A stretch of 64,000 nucleotides of DNA. Source: Klebsormidium nitens (lineage: Eukaryota > Plantae > Klebsormidiophyceae). The first letter of the stretch is position 1. Each line of letters starts with the position of its first letter. A model generated the notes under the pieces. That model was given only the letters and a program-made list of their open reading frames with translations, searched no databases and was not told the origin of the DNA. Shown piece by piece: positions 49,301 through 62,040 of this stretch. The position numbers and the translations under genes are program-made. The DNA is taken from NCBI GenBank assembly GCA_000708835.1, contig DF237115.1, positions 94,126 to 158,125 on the forward strand. The letters are read 5' to 3'.

Positions 49301-51119
49301 CAGAATAATGACAAAGAGTGATGATTCACATGGTGACCCACGAGCAAGAGGTGCTCAAAGTAAGTGAGGGGACAGCACTAGCATACAAAGATGAGCTTAA
49401 ACCAATTGTTGAACACATATATAGGGACAACAAAGATGAGCTGACTAATCATATGTCACCTGTGCTTTGAACCTCAGCCGTCAATTGACAACGAATCAGA
49501 ATCGCAGCATAGAAACCCCATTTCTGATAGCTACCAGAAACCCCCATGAAGAGCGCCTAAACAAACCAGCAGGCAGTGACAAGTGCAACTGCCATACTTA
49601 CGCGCTTGCAGTTGGTCCGTTAGGGCCTGATGCAGCATTGTACGCCGCCGAGCGGCTCGTCGAGATTTTGTGGATCTTGCCATACTGGCCAAAGTATTGA
49701 TTTGTCCGCAGAATCTGCACATGAAGGCCCAAGCAGCCTGAATATAAAGCTCACTTTTGAACAATGTGGACATTCTGGGAATTGGACCGCTGAATGGAGC
49801 CCTGTGAAGGAGCCTCTGAGTAGAGTGGTCAAAAGAGCCCTTAGGAGTTTTAAAAGCCGGATACACTGACTCCTTTAGAGCATTGCTGAGTCTATGGAGG
49901 CAAGCAGACGTTGGCGAAGGAACGACGAAGCACGGGGAGGTTGCATGAGTTTCTATCAAAGCTCCCCTCAAAATTTTTCACAGTTGACGAGAATAAGAGC
50001 ACTCACATCCTCCTCCGCAATGTTGAGAGGCAGTCCAATGACATAGACAAGATTCCGCTGTACGACCCGCACGCTGCTCAGGTGCTGCCGAGATGCAGAC
50101 ACTGAGGCCTTGCTTTGCCTGTCCTTTTGCTTCTTCTCCGAAATGAGACCTGTAAGACTGCATCAGGCGCCAAAAAGAATGAATCGGCTTTAAAACCGGC
50201 GTTCAATGGTCTGCTTTTTGCAGATGAATCCTTCAAACACTGGGAAACCTCGTCAGATGTGTGCAAAAACGAAGCTCCATTCTGTTCAAGGTGCTTAAGT
50301 GGACCTTATTCATGGGTAGTGAAACAACCAACGTCGAATTTAGGAGGTACACTAGTTCCCAGATACCACCACTCAAACTGATCGATAAACTTGACAGCAT
50401 GATGCAAAACCAATGTCATGAAAGCAAACTCAAGATTGTTGCGTGAGCGGGAATTGATCTCTTCTCCAACTCACTCTTCCGGCAAAGCTTGCGAAGCCTC
50501 TGTGACCTTGTTCTTGTCGTACGGTGTCCTGCACGCCGGGCACTTTCCTTCCCCTTCTGCCATCTCCATTATCTGATGCCAACACCAAAGACATATCTGC
50601 AGATGACAAGTAAAAAGAGCACGATCTGTCAGCAACCTGACACTCGCCCTTTTGAAAACCCCAAGGAATGTATAAGTACCACCGTTGCTAACCAGATTGC
50701 CGGAGAATACCTTCAAATGTGTTTGCACCCTGTCCCCTCGCTCTTCATCATGCCCTGCAAACACCACTATAGAAAGCAATGGGAAGCCCTGTCATTTCTG
50801 GTACCATGGTCGCCTCAGAATCATAATCCACCGCAAAACCTTGATGGCGTTACTTTATATAGCCTACAGAGCTCTCCAAGAAGAGTACAGAACAATCGCC
50901 ACTAGCAACGCAATAACAACTACAAATACTTCCCGGGCAATCCATTCGTTCAAAAACTGCCCTTGCTGCAGTTCAACAAGGTTGGGGCAGTATGATGCGG
51001 CAGAAATGCGTAAAGCGTACCTGGTATCCGCACTGACAGGGCTTGAAATGACGGTCCGTGAGATCCAACTCTTCCAGGCACAAAGGGCACACGGGCTCTT
51101 CCTCTGAGTCGTCCATCAT
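40330..51119 (-). CDS. NOT4: NOT4/CNOT4-like RING-RRM-C3H1 E3 ligase with a long low-complexity C-terminus, 14 exons
   Basis: Exons 51119-51021 (CPLCLEELDLTDRHFKPCQCGYQ), 50596-50475 (ICLWCWHQI..CPACRTPY), 50157-50007 (VRVVQRNLVYVIGL), 49714-49602 (YFGQYGKI), 49197-49065 (RACFGTTKYC), 48861-48779 (CTNPDCLYLH), 48287-48182, 47891-47800, 47515-44748, 44286-43268, 42880-41863, 41486-41215, 40741-40670 and 40422-40330. All junctions are GT-AG and in phase; the last two exons are less certain. Confidence 0.85.
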
Positions 51120-51784
51120 TACTTCTCTCCCCAATAAATTTTGGCAGTGCAATGCTTATTCTCCGGCTTCCAAGTTCCAACTCGCAAGCGCAAGCGCCCC
51201 AACGTTATTCCTCCCCTGCTTCCGTCATGAATAATATGAAAGCAGCGCAAGCACTGAGTTGCTCCAGCTTGCCCTGTCCTATTGGAGTGCGCGACTTGGA
51301 TGCTGAAACAGGCTCCTCGTGCGCAGTTCCAAAACAGGGGCAACTCGAAATCGCGCTGCTTCGCGCGTTTGCAAATGTCTTATCCCCGCTTGTGACCGTT
51401 ATCGATAACGGTTGGCGCTGAACTAGGGCGAGGAGCGTTCCCCATTTGTCCAGCTGTAGCATGGGGCTAAGCGAAATGCTTGTACGCTATGGTGTGGGTA
51501 AGCCCTCAGGCTAGCGCAGCAGCATGTGTTGTCAATGTCTGCGAAGGCGAACGTTCAAGTTGCGTCCTGCACAAGCAACAAGCTGCAAGCCTGAGAAATT
51601 CAAACACCTGCAAAGGTTTTCTTCAGACAAAAGCTGCCTTACAGCTTGTAACTTTGTTTCACTGCAGTCCCATGAAGCAAAAGAGACCGCGGCATTAGTT
51701 TACGTACGTCAACTCCATTCTGGGCCCCCGTAAAGCCTTACCAGCTGTGCAGATTGCAAGAGGGGGTGTCTAGCTACGAGCACG

Positions 51785-54700
51785 ATGTGCGGCATTGTTG
51801 CGGTCCTGGGGAGCCAGGACACATCTGCATCTCGTCGAATCCAAATTGTGGATTGCGCTCGGAAGTGAGTTGCGTATCGCGTTTCTGAATTGGTGTGCAA
51901 GCAAGTAGGCGGTCAATGTTGTGCACCCTATGGCCTTGGGGCATCTCAAAAGAAAAGGCCTGAACTTGTTTTTCACAATGTCGCCTCCTCATAGGCTGCG
52001 AAATGCTGGGCTTGGCCAATGCTTTGGGGAACTCTGGTTAGGAATTATTGCGGCATGAATGAGCACCTTTAGATACTCATCATGTTGAGGAATCAACAAA
52101 AGAGTTCAAAAGGTTTAAAGTGCAAGTGCAGATTTCACGCCTTTTACGTTCAGTCATGCTTTTCCTGTTTATCCATTCATACTGTTCCTCTTTTTGCTGA
52201 TGACCTCCGGCGGGCGCCACGATTGTGCCAAGGGACGCTGCATGCGCTGTCACATGCATTTTTAATATTCTAGGAATTGTAGCCTTTATCTTCAGCGCCC
52301 AAGTGGACCGGCATTGCCTAGCGTTCCACAGAGCCACCAAACTTTATTCCAAACACTTCCATTCAAAGTGTCTGATGTACAGGACGTAAGGCTGACTCGG
52401 ATTCGCCCTTAGGAACTATCCGAACAATGTTCCCCCTTCAACTATCACTTTTTGGAGTAGGGTCCATCAGAAGTACCCCAATGCCACCACCGATGATTCA
52501 CACAAGACATAATCTCACGAATGGTTAAAATTTCAACCAGAGCTTGTCACTGAAACACACAGGTTCATAAGTTGTCAAATAAGCGGCAGCACCGACTTTC
52601 TGATTGGAGCGTGTCCTTGAGAGGTGGCCAGAAGGAACAGGGTGACACCTTAAAGTCAATTTTAGTCGGTCTGATCATGAGCTGAAGGAATGTGTCGAGG
52701 GCAGGGTGCGCCACCGTTCCAGGTCCAGAGCAGTACCCACAGCAGCAATAGGCACCTGAATACCTTGCATTAGTCTATCTTGTTGACCAGGCCAGTTTGA
52801 ACATGCAACTGCCCTCCATTTGCAAGGCCTAGCTTCTTTTTGATTGGCTCTTTCGTTTTGGTTGGCGCAGAAGACTGCAAGCTGAGGAGTTTTGTGCGTC
52901 AAGAAACGCAGAACTTCGGAAAACGACTGTGTCCACCGACTTGAGGACTTTTAATCTGCGAGCCTTTTCATTACTGATTTGCTACTGTCAATGTCTTTCT
53001 CCTACCTGTAAAGGGTGATCATGCTACTCACAGATTCTTCAACAGTCGTTTCAATCTTGCGTAGCTCAACATCACTCGGTGGCATTGCTTCAAAAGGTTC
53101 TCAGAATATTTCTGCCAGTAGTTCGTATCCTCCGTGTTGCAACGACCTCGATTACGGTTCTGATGAAGGGTTCGATGTTACTCCTTACTACTCATACAGT
53201 TGCATGAAAGGTTCATGATTGAACCAATCAGTGACAATTTTTTGCTCATGTTGGTCTTACTTTCTCTGGTCCTAGGTTGCGGCACCGAGGGCCCGACTGG
53301 AGTGGCATTCACCACAGCGGGAACAACTTTCTGGCCCATGAGCGGCTGGCGATCATCGACCCCGCGTCCGGCGATCAGCCTCTCTACAGCGAAGACAAGA
53401 GCATCGTTGTGACAGTGAATGGCGAGATCTACAACCATGAACAGCTCAAGAAGGGGCTCACGGGGGAGCACATGTACCGCACGGGGAGCGACTGCGAGGT
53501 CATCCCGCATCTGGTACGTTCAAGGCAAATGTGGTTCTTGTTTGAAAACGTTGATTCCCTTCCCCAGCCTTCTCACCTTTCTTCTTCATATGAGGGCGGA
53601 GCACAACAGTGGCGGCAACATTGTCAGAAACTTACCAGTAAAAGCCTGAGGCTTGTAACAACGGATTTCGATCGACCACTTCAACGGTTCACCTGTTCTC
53701 ATTGACTTGCTGAACTTGCGATCAATGAAGCAGTTTAGGAACTGTGCTGGTCGGCTACCTAACCCTCTTATAGAGTTCCTTCTTGCTCGTAGGAAGAAGT
53801 CGGGGGGGGCATCGCAAGCCACCTAAAACATCCAGACTAGCATGTTCTTTGTCCTTGACAACAGGACGGGGCGCACTTTCCATGGGGCCCTTGTACTGTC
53901 TCTTTGTCTGATGCTTAAACCGACTGCTTTCCTGGCCCTTATATGGAGAACTTGGCGGAGTCACCGCGAGCCACTCGACAGCTTCTTTTCAAAGGTCCTC
54001 CTCGAAAAAATAATAGGGAACTTATGGCGGTCATTAGATTGCTCCATTGCCGAGCCAGAGACCTATTTGAAACTTCAATCGTGAGGCGGTTCAAAGAAGT
54101 GGGCGAGGCGTGGCGAGCCATTCAGACGGATCTCTCCGTTCACTCTTGACCTGAAGATAATAGGAGCTCCATTGCGGCCATTGCATTGCCCTTAACGAAG
54201 TCTTGTTTGGAAGTTGATTTCCCCTCTCCCTTACTCCCCAGTACGAAGAGGTTGGCGAGGACGTGGCGAGCCTTCTAGACGGCAGTTTTTCAGATCCGAT
54301 CTTTCCAGCAAGCAGGGAGATGTGGCGGCCATTAGGTTGCCCTTCCAAACTTACGAAGTCTGGTTCCATAATGCTCTACAACTGCAAATGTCGTCCTCTT
54401 TCCGTCTCCAGTACGAAGAGGTCGGCGAGGACGTGGCGAGCCTTCTAGACGGCATGTTCTCATTCGTGCTTCTCGACAACAAGACGGGCAACTTTATGGC
54501 GGCGCGCGACCCGATCGGCATCACGCCGCTGTACATGGGCTGGGGCCGCGACGGCTCCGTATGGTTCGCGTCCGAAATGAAGGCGCTGACCTCAGAGTGC
54601 GACCAGTTCCAGGAGTTTCCCCCGGGGCACATCTACTCCAGCAAGCAAGGTGCGTGCAAAGACTCTGGCAACGTTCGCGTAAGTTGACAGGCGCTGAAGT

Positions 54701-57700
54701 AGGATAGGCGCCTGAAAAGACGGGTGGGATTTGGTTTTTTAGAGTGGGTTTTGGTGCGGAGCGCGTCGATATCGCTTTAGGGAAACCCGTCAGAGTAGCC
54801 ACGTGACTTGAAAGTTCCCGTTTCGCCTGATGTGTACTTCCTGCTCTTCAGGCGGCCTCCGGCACTCGACGAGCACTTCCACTTTTGACGAACATATAGA
54901 ACCATCTTGTATAGTTCCCTTTGTCTCAAAAAGCCGGCAGAAGCTGTCTAAAAGATACACACGCCTCGTCCTCTTCAGGCGGCCTCCGGCGCTACTACAC
55001 CCCCCCCTGGTTCGACGAGCACATCCCGTCCGGCCCGCTCGACCTCACCGCGCTGCGTGTCGCCTTCGAGAAGGCGGTCGTCAAGCGGCTCATGACCGAC
55101 GTCCCCTTCGGAGTCCTCCTGTCGGGCGGTTTGGACTCCAGCCTAGTTGCCTCGGTCGCGAGCCGCCACCTGGCGGAGACGAAAGCCGCGGTCTGGGGCC
55201 CGAAACTGCACACGTTCTCGGTGGGGCTTCCCGGGTCGCCGGATCTGAAGGCGGCGCGCGAGGTGGCGGATATCCTGGGGACGGACCACCATGAGTTAAC
55301 GTTTTCGGTGCAGGTGGGTTAAGCGCGGGTTTGGGGGGTTTTGAGGCGGTTAGCTTTTTGTCGACTAGCCTGATGGGGTCGATTCAGTTTGCGAGAAATT
55401 TGTTCAGGCAGGGGATGCAGTGCGTTTGGTAAAATGCGAGCTGGCAAAGTTAGAGTAGGACCGTCGTAAATTCTTGTTTTTGCCACTGTTGGGTGCGGGT
55501 TTGGTTTTGGGTATGTTTCGGTCCTGAACTTTGGATTCTGGGTTTGGGTTGAGTTTCGACTTGGACTTTCATATTGGTCTTGAATGGTTGACTTCGGGTA
55601 CTGCGTTCGGTTCGTTGATGATCCTGGATCTGGTTTGGCTCTGCGTTTGAATTTTGTTCTGGATCTTGTTTCTGCCGTTTGAAGTGGTTGTACGGGTCAT
55701 TGCGGGGGTTGGGCCTGGAAAAACACCTTGGAGTGAAAGAGGTTCCGGGTATTTCTGCAGCTTCCGGGATCGGAGTGCGGGTCTTAGTTCAAGATGGGAA
55801 GTTAAAGCCCTTTCTAGTTGCTTCTGTCGTAAAAGCGTGCGTGGCAGTGTCGGTCTTCGCACCCTACTAGTTGGCCGCAGGGCTGGAAGCTGCGGAAATC
55901 CCGCTGTTCTGACAGTGCCGGTTGAATGCCCAACATTCAGCGGCACGGACCTTACGAGTCCGCGTTCTCGGTGCAGGCAACTGTGTTTGGTAGAGTGTCG
56001 ATTTCGGGTTTGGATCTGAAACTGCGTTTTAATTCGAGTCTTGGTTCGGAAGCTGCTCTTCAAAATGGGGCCTCCCATCGATTGTGGTGTTTAGGAAAGG
56101 TGGTCAAGACCGATTCTGTTGAGTTGGGGTATCTGTGTTGAGTTTTCACTTCAAGTGTGACATGTGACGAGTGTGATTTGTGAGAATCCTGAGTTCGGGC
56201 CCGGCTCTAGTTGCCTCTCTCGCAAGCCGCCACGTGGCAGATTCGGTCGCTACACCCTCCTCGTTGGGTGTAGAGACCGAAGCTGCGGACGTTTTCGGTG
56301 GGCTTCCCTGGCTCCTCCGATTTGAAGGCGGCGCGCGAGGTGGCGGCGATTCTCGGAACCGAGCACCATGAATTCACCTTCTCGTTACAGGTGGGGCTAA
56401 CTTGAAGTCTGGGACTGGTGTTGTACATGGCTGATTTTACTATTCCATCTGGTGCGTACTGCCAGGTTTTGGGTCCCTCTCGGGTGGGCGTGGGCTTGAC
56501 CATAGTCCTGCGACTTGAACCCTGATTTAGACTTACCCTCAACCAGGGACTTGAACAATGCTACGCTGAGGGTCAATTAGATTTGTTTTGCGCATCTGTT
56601 GACGTGTCAAGTCAGTTGCCCATGAGGGACATCTCGTGTTGAGAGGCCTGGATCCCAGGAGTGTCAAAGTGAGGTGCGATACGAAATTGTCTTTTGTGGG
56701 AAAGCCCTGATCGGAAAGTGTGACGTTAGATTGTTTCCCAGACACGAGTTTGACTAAGTGACCTGTAGGCGCTGGTTATGGCCGCCCGTACTCTGATCAA
56801 TTCGTAGCCGTCGATCCCAAGGAATGACGGCTGGGGAGGGAAGCGGGGTTTCCGTTGAGGGTCGACATTTGCAGTCAGGGATTCTGTCATAGGCGTTGCC
56901 TCGCTTAAAAAGCACCGTATGCATATTCAAATTCTAGAACTTATTCTTCTATATTGCCAAGTTTGCCTCCAATCTTCTCACGCCCGTCCAGCCCATTCGC
57001 GTTTCTCACTGAAAAGCTTTCTCTTCGGTGCGACCAACGCTTGGCTGGGGGCAAAGGTAGCCTTTCTAGAAGCAATTTCTAATGGTGAGCGGCAAATCAT
57101 TCGAGCAAAGATTGACCAGACTTTCTAGTCGATTGTGGTCCTCAAAATTGTGGTTGTTTCCGGGGATATGTGTTGCTCAAAAGTCTGATTAAGCCACGTC
57201 AGTCAAAAGTTGTCCTATGACCGGAGACGGCCTTTGGGCGGGATGTGGTTTTCACTTAATAACGACCGCATGTTAAGATATTGATCAAGCGTCGTTGGAG
57301 GTGCCACAGATCGTAATATTGAATGTTGGGCCGGTTGATTAGTAGATGACTGAAGGTTCAATCTGCCAATTTTATCCAGGCCCTTTCTGCCAGCTTGCAG
57401 TGCAACACTTCGAACAGAACACCATTGGATGCATTCCTAGAGGCGGCATAGTCGAGAACCTGAACGGATTTTTCCAAATAGCTACCTCTACTCATCGGAT
57501 CGCTTTTCCACTTTCTTATCAAGACTCCTCCTTCAGCCGACGAACTGGCATCACCTTTCACCCTTAACAGGACAATATGAAGGCATTGGTGGAAGTAGCA
57601 TAAGTTCTGACATTCCAGAATCAGCGCGCACAGCCTAGGATCTCCAAAGACATGTACGCTCATCTTTCTGGTTGCTATTGCGCCAGCTGTTCCGATCTAC

Positions 57701-60700
57701 CAAAACCCTTCACGCTCGTCTTTCTGGTTGCCACTTCGCGAACCGTATGGATCTTCAAAAAAGAAAAAAAACGCTCATGTTCCAGTCCAGATCAACAGCG
57801 CCTCGTTCTTGATTCTTGACAGGACGGCCTAGACGCGTTGTCGGAGGTGATTTACCACATCGAGACGTATGACGTCACGACGATCCGTGCGAGCACGCCC
57901 ATGTTCCTCATGTCGCGCAAGATCCGCGCGATCGGCGTCAAGATGGTCCTCTCGGGGGAGGGCTCGGACGAGATCTTTGGGGGGTACCTCTACTTCCATA
58001 AAGCGCCCAACAAGGAGGTCAGAAGCGTCGTTTTCGTGTCCGTGTTTAATCCTTGCCTCGTGCTTCTTACGCTTGTACTCTGAAGTGGCAATGCAGCTCC
58101 ACAAAAGGAAGTTGCGACGACACCGAGCACTCACTTCCATAAAGCGCCAAACAAGGAGGTCAGGATCCTTCTGAACAAGGAAACAAGGAAGTTGTTGTCT
58201 CTTGCTTGTCAAGCTGTTCTTTCTTGGTTTATTCTCGACTCCCACAACAGGGCTCGAAACAAGAATGTGATAGGCTTTGGAAAGCCCACAGTTAGCAGGT
58301 AAGTGCAGCCCCGGATTGTGTTTTGGGATCTATAAGGTACAAGCTCTATTAGGCTGTACATTTAAGGTTTCTGACGGTCATATATTCCACCACGGTCCAT
58401 GTTTAATCTTACGACCCATGGTAGCAGATGCGGAAAATACCTTTTCGTTGGCTGTTGTCATTTTTACAAGGCCCCTCTTGTCGCCACTTCTTTTGTTCAC
58501 CAGTCCGGTGAGCTGACCAGTCTGGTTTCAAATTTTCTCCTCTTAATTCCGTTGATTCCTTCGTTTTCTTCCTACATGATCCCTTGAGGAATTCCTCAAC
58601 GGTACGCGCCACACCATCAATGCGCTGCAGGATAGGTCTTTTCTCACCGCTCATTCGTTCCTGAACTCCGCATATTCACTTGTGTCCGTTCCGATTCCGG
58701 GAGATCCACAAAGAGATGTCCCGCAAAATCAAGGCATCGTAAAGGGTAACGCAATATATCCATCCACTCCTTGTCAATTCTCGGCTGCTGCTGTTGGAAC
58801 CGCCCACCTTCGAGAACTGCAGACCGTTCGTGTTTCGTTCTCTATTGGAGGGATTGGGGGCGAACCGAGGCGCGGGTTCCTTTCAGTATTCTGGTACCGC
58901 TGATTCGTTCCGTTCCAGCTTTTACTCCAGGCGTTTCACAAGGAGACGTGCCGCACTATCAAGGCGCTTCACATGTACGATTGCCTGCACGCCAATAAGC
59001 CAAAGAGCGCATGGGGGATCGAGGCGCAGGTCCCTCTCAATATATCTGAATTCCGCTGATCCGTTCCGTTTCCGTTCCAACTGCAGGAGTTCCACAAGGA
59101 GACATGCCGCAAAATCAAGGCGCTTCACATGTACGACTGCCTGCGCGCGAACAAGTCGACGAGCGCCTGGGGGATCGAGGCGCGTGTGCCCTTCCTCGAT
59201 AAGGAGTTCATTGACGTCGCCATGGCCATCGACCCGCAAGTAAGCACGTCGAAGAGTTGCTCGCTTTGCTTCGGTGCAATTTGGCGAAATGATCGAGGGC
59301 AAACCAGCTAATAAGTTTGGGTTGAGTGACATGCCATGGCCATCGACCACAGGCAAGCATCGCTGAGCGTCAGAAGTGCGAAATTTGTGAAATGTTGCTT
59401 GGTTTGCTTTGATGTAACTTGGTTCCGACAGTTGAGCAGACAAGCTGAAGAAAGTTCCGATGAGGAGTTCGTGGACGTTGTTGTTTTCATCGACCGGCGG
59501 GTAAGTGGGGCTGCGAATTTGTTCTACATGACTCGAAGCATATATTGCCGATAGCCTGGGATGGATACGGTCAGACTGTGTAGGTTGCTTGGTAACGGAA
59601 GAGCAGAAGAAGCCTTAAGCGGATTGGAAAGGACTTGGTTGTCGTACCGTATTGTCCAAAGGATGTGCCAGCAAAGGGAATATCTGTTTCTGGTTCGCGA
59701 AAAGAAGAGCGGGACTCGCCGATTGTGCCCGAGAAGGACCGCAAAGAAGTGCGTCAGTTGAAAACAGCAGTTCTGTTGTCGTAAGGGCAAGCCAACGAAG
59801 AGTCCGGTTGTCCAGAAGATCAGGTTTGTCAAAATGCACAACCGCTGCTTTATAAAGCGCCGAACTAGACAAGTCCGAGATGTAAAGCCCTTTGTTAAGT
59901 GCTCTAGAGTTAGGGTGGCCCAGATATGTACTTGCAAGCTGACCGAATTCGGAACCCAAGAGACAGGTTTACGGAATTGTATATTTTTAAAAGCAGTATG
60001 GGTTACTGCCGAAACTTTTTTTCTACTTGATATCTTCCTAGCCAAGAGCATATCGTAACACTCTGGTTGCCAAACCGTGTGAGAAGTATTTTAATCGCAA
60101 CCCTTCCTCATTCCCTGCAGTACGGAAAGGCGCAGAAGTTCAAGGGCAAGCCGATCGAGAAGTTTATCATCCGGAGGGATTTTGACGCCCCTGAGTCTAA
60201 TACTCTGCTTTTAAAGCATCGAGTGAATTAATATCTAAAAAATGCATCCTTTCCCTTCCTCTGTAGCACAAAATGGCGCAGAATTTCAAGGGCAAGCCGA
60301 TTGAGAAGTTCATCATCCGAAAGGCCTTTGACACCCCCGAGAACCCCTTCCTTCCGGAGCATATTCTGTACCGGCAAAAAGAGCAATTCAGTGACGGTGT
60401 CGGATACAGCTGGATCGACGGCCTCAAAGACTTCGCCGAGAAGCAGGTGGGTTTGCTTGCCTTGACCTGCGGTTTGTCATGCGATTTGAAAACTTTCCTT
60501 GAAGCGGGCTGGTTTCTGTCATTTTTCCTTGAGGGGGGGGGAGGGGATGGGGGGAGGAGAAGAAAGAAAGGAAAAAAAGAGAGGGTTTTCAACACCTAAC
60601 CCTGATACGTTCTTGCTTGACGGCCACACACCCTTCGCTTAAAACTCGGGTGGGTAAACCCACGGGCCAGTCTGCAGATAGCGCGCCACTCGTGCCAATC

Positions 60701-62040
60701 AGGCCGCATCGTTTTGCATCTTTTTTTGCAAGAGAAGCACTGCAGCGATGGTGTTCATCAACCTGAAGGAACGGCCTCGAAGCGTTTGCCGAGATGCCAG
60801 TGAGTCAAGCCGGGGGTTGAACCAGTGGTTAGCGTGCACACATATCACCCAGCTATGCTCCCTTTGACCGTCATTAAACCAGCTGATTTACTGCCTACCC
60901 CACCCGGTTAAGTCACTAACCACGCCCTTAACCCTGCAGGTTACGGACCAGATGATGCAGCACGCAGAGAAGGCGTTCCCCGTGAACAGCCCCACGACGA
61001 AGGAGGGGTACTACTACCGGACGCTCTTCGAGAAGCACTTCCCGCAGGTAAGCCGGACATAGGGTTTCAACTTTCAGGGTTTATTTTAATGCTTGTTTCG
61101 GACAGTATTCGTCGGATAGCAGGCAGTTGAGAAGCTGCTGCTAAAAGAAAGGGAAAACCGAAAAGGTTTTTGTCAAATTCCGGGTTGTGGATAACCTCAA
61201 GTTGATAGTGAACGTTCAAAGCAGGCATTTGAGAATCTGCTGCTAAGAGCAAAGGGAATCTGAAAACGGGATGACTCTGGACCGATAGCAGTTAGGAAGG
61301 AAAGCATTCGTCCAAGTGTGTCTCAAGTCGACGGGAAACATCGAGAACGAGGAGCTTGAGCGACTTTCGAAGACTCAGCAAAGATCCACAATAAATTAGC
61401 TGAGGGGAACGTTCGCCGGAGGTTTGGAGCTGCCGCCCCCCTACTGCTTTTGATAACACGCACCCGCCTGATTGCGAACCCAGCGTTCGCCAACTGACCC
61501 GAAGACTGATCATGAAACTGTCCCTCTGCTCTCAAACTCGCCAGCTTTGATGCGCAGTCAATATCACAGCGCCGATCCAGCCCTTTCGTTTATGGGGTCT
61601 TATGGCGTAGTCAGAGTGCAAGTTCCAGCTCAGCGATACAGATCTAAGCATTTGATCGTCTGTTATTCTATCCCGCTGCGGCGCTAACCGTGCTGGGGCT
61701 CTGTGCGTCTCCAACATACTAATCGTCCAGTTTCTGTCGAGTAAACGGCTTGGTCGTGCATTCAGAATCACAGTCCCAGCCCAGCATCAGAGCAATCAAC
61801 TTGATTCGATCGAATCTACTTTTGTTCAATTTGAATAGGCATTCAATCGTCTTTTATCTAATGCAGCACGCCGCAGCGCTGACCGTCCCGGGGGGCCCGA
61901 GCGTCGCGTGCAGCACGGCCGCTGCCATTGAATGGGATAAGGCGTGGGCCAACATGCTGGACCCCTCCGGGAGGGCCGCCACTGGGGTACACGATTCCGC
62001 GTACGAGCCGGAAGCGAAGGCTGCGGCGAATGGAGCCTGA
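51785..62040 (+). CDS. ASN: Glutamine-dependent asparagine synthetase, 9 exons, 566 aa
   Basis: Exons 51785-51864 (MCGIVAVLG), 53276-53513 ([26 protein letters not shown]), 54412-54649, 54979-55313 ([12 protein letters not shown]), 57823-58017 ([19 protein letters not shown]), 59087-59239 (EARVPFLD), 60267-60446 ([11 protein letters not shown]), 60940-61047 and 61867-62040. Total 1701 nt, in frame. Confidence 0.95.
53791..60231 (+). repeat. At least 14 ghost copies of asparagine synthetase exon edges in flanking introns
   Basis: Upstream (acceptor-side) copies at about 53791-53885, 53945, 54020, 54093, 54242-54292, 54312, 54851-54880, 58585, 58700, 58931-59035 and 60121-60195. Downstream (donor-side) copies at about 55808, 56203-56396, 58128-58165, 59328-59358 and 59461-59507. 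The faintest copies are only partly alignable by eye. Confidence 0.85.

Noticed and set aside
50007-50475. Apparent phase conflict or microexon between NOT4-like exons 2 and 3
   Set aside because: Resolved by using the GATGCAG acceptor (exon start 50157) rather than the TTACAG 8 nt downstream.
55320-55700. G/T-rich roughly 6-nt periodic tract (TTTGG/TCTGG) giving a 169-aa minus-strand ORF
   Set aside because: Degenerate intronic low-complexity sequence without a consistent unit; the ORF is an artefact.
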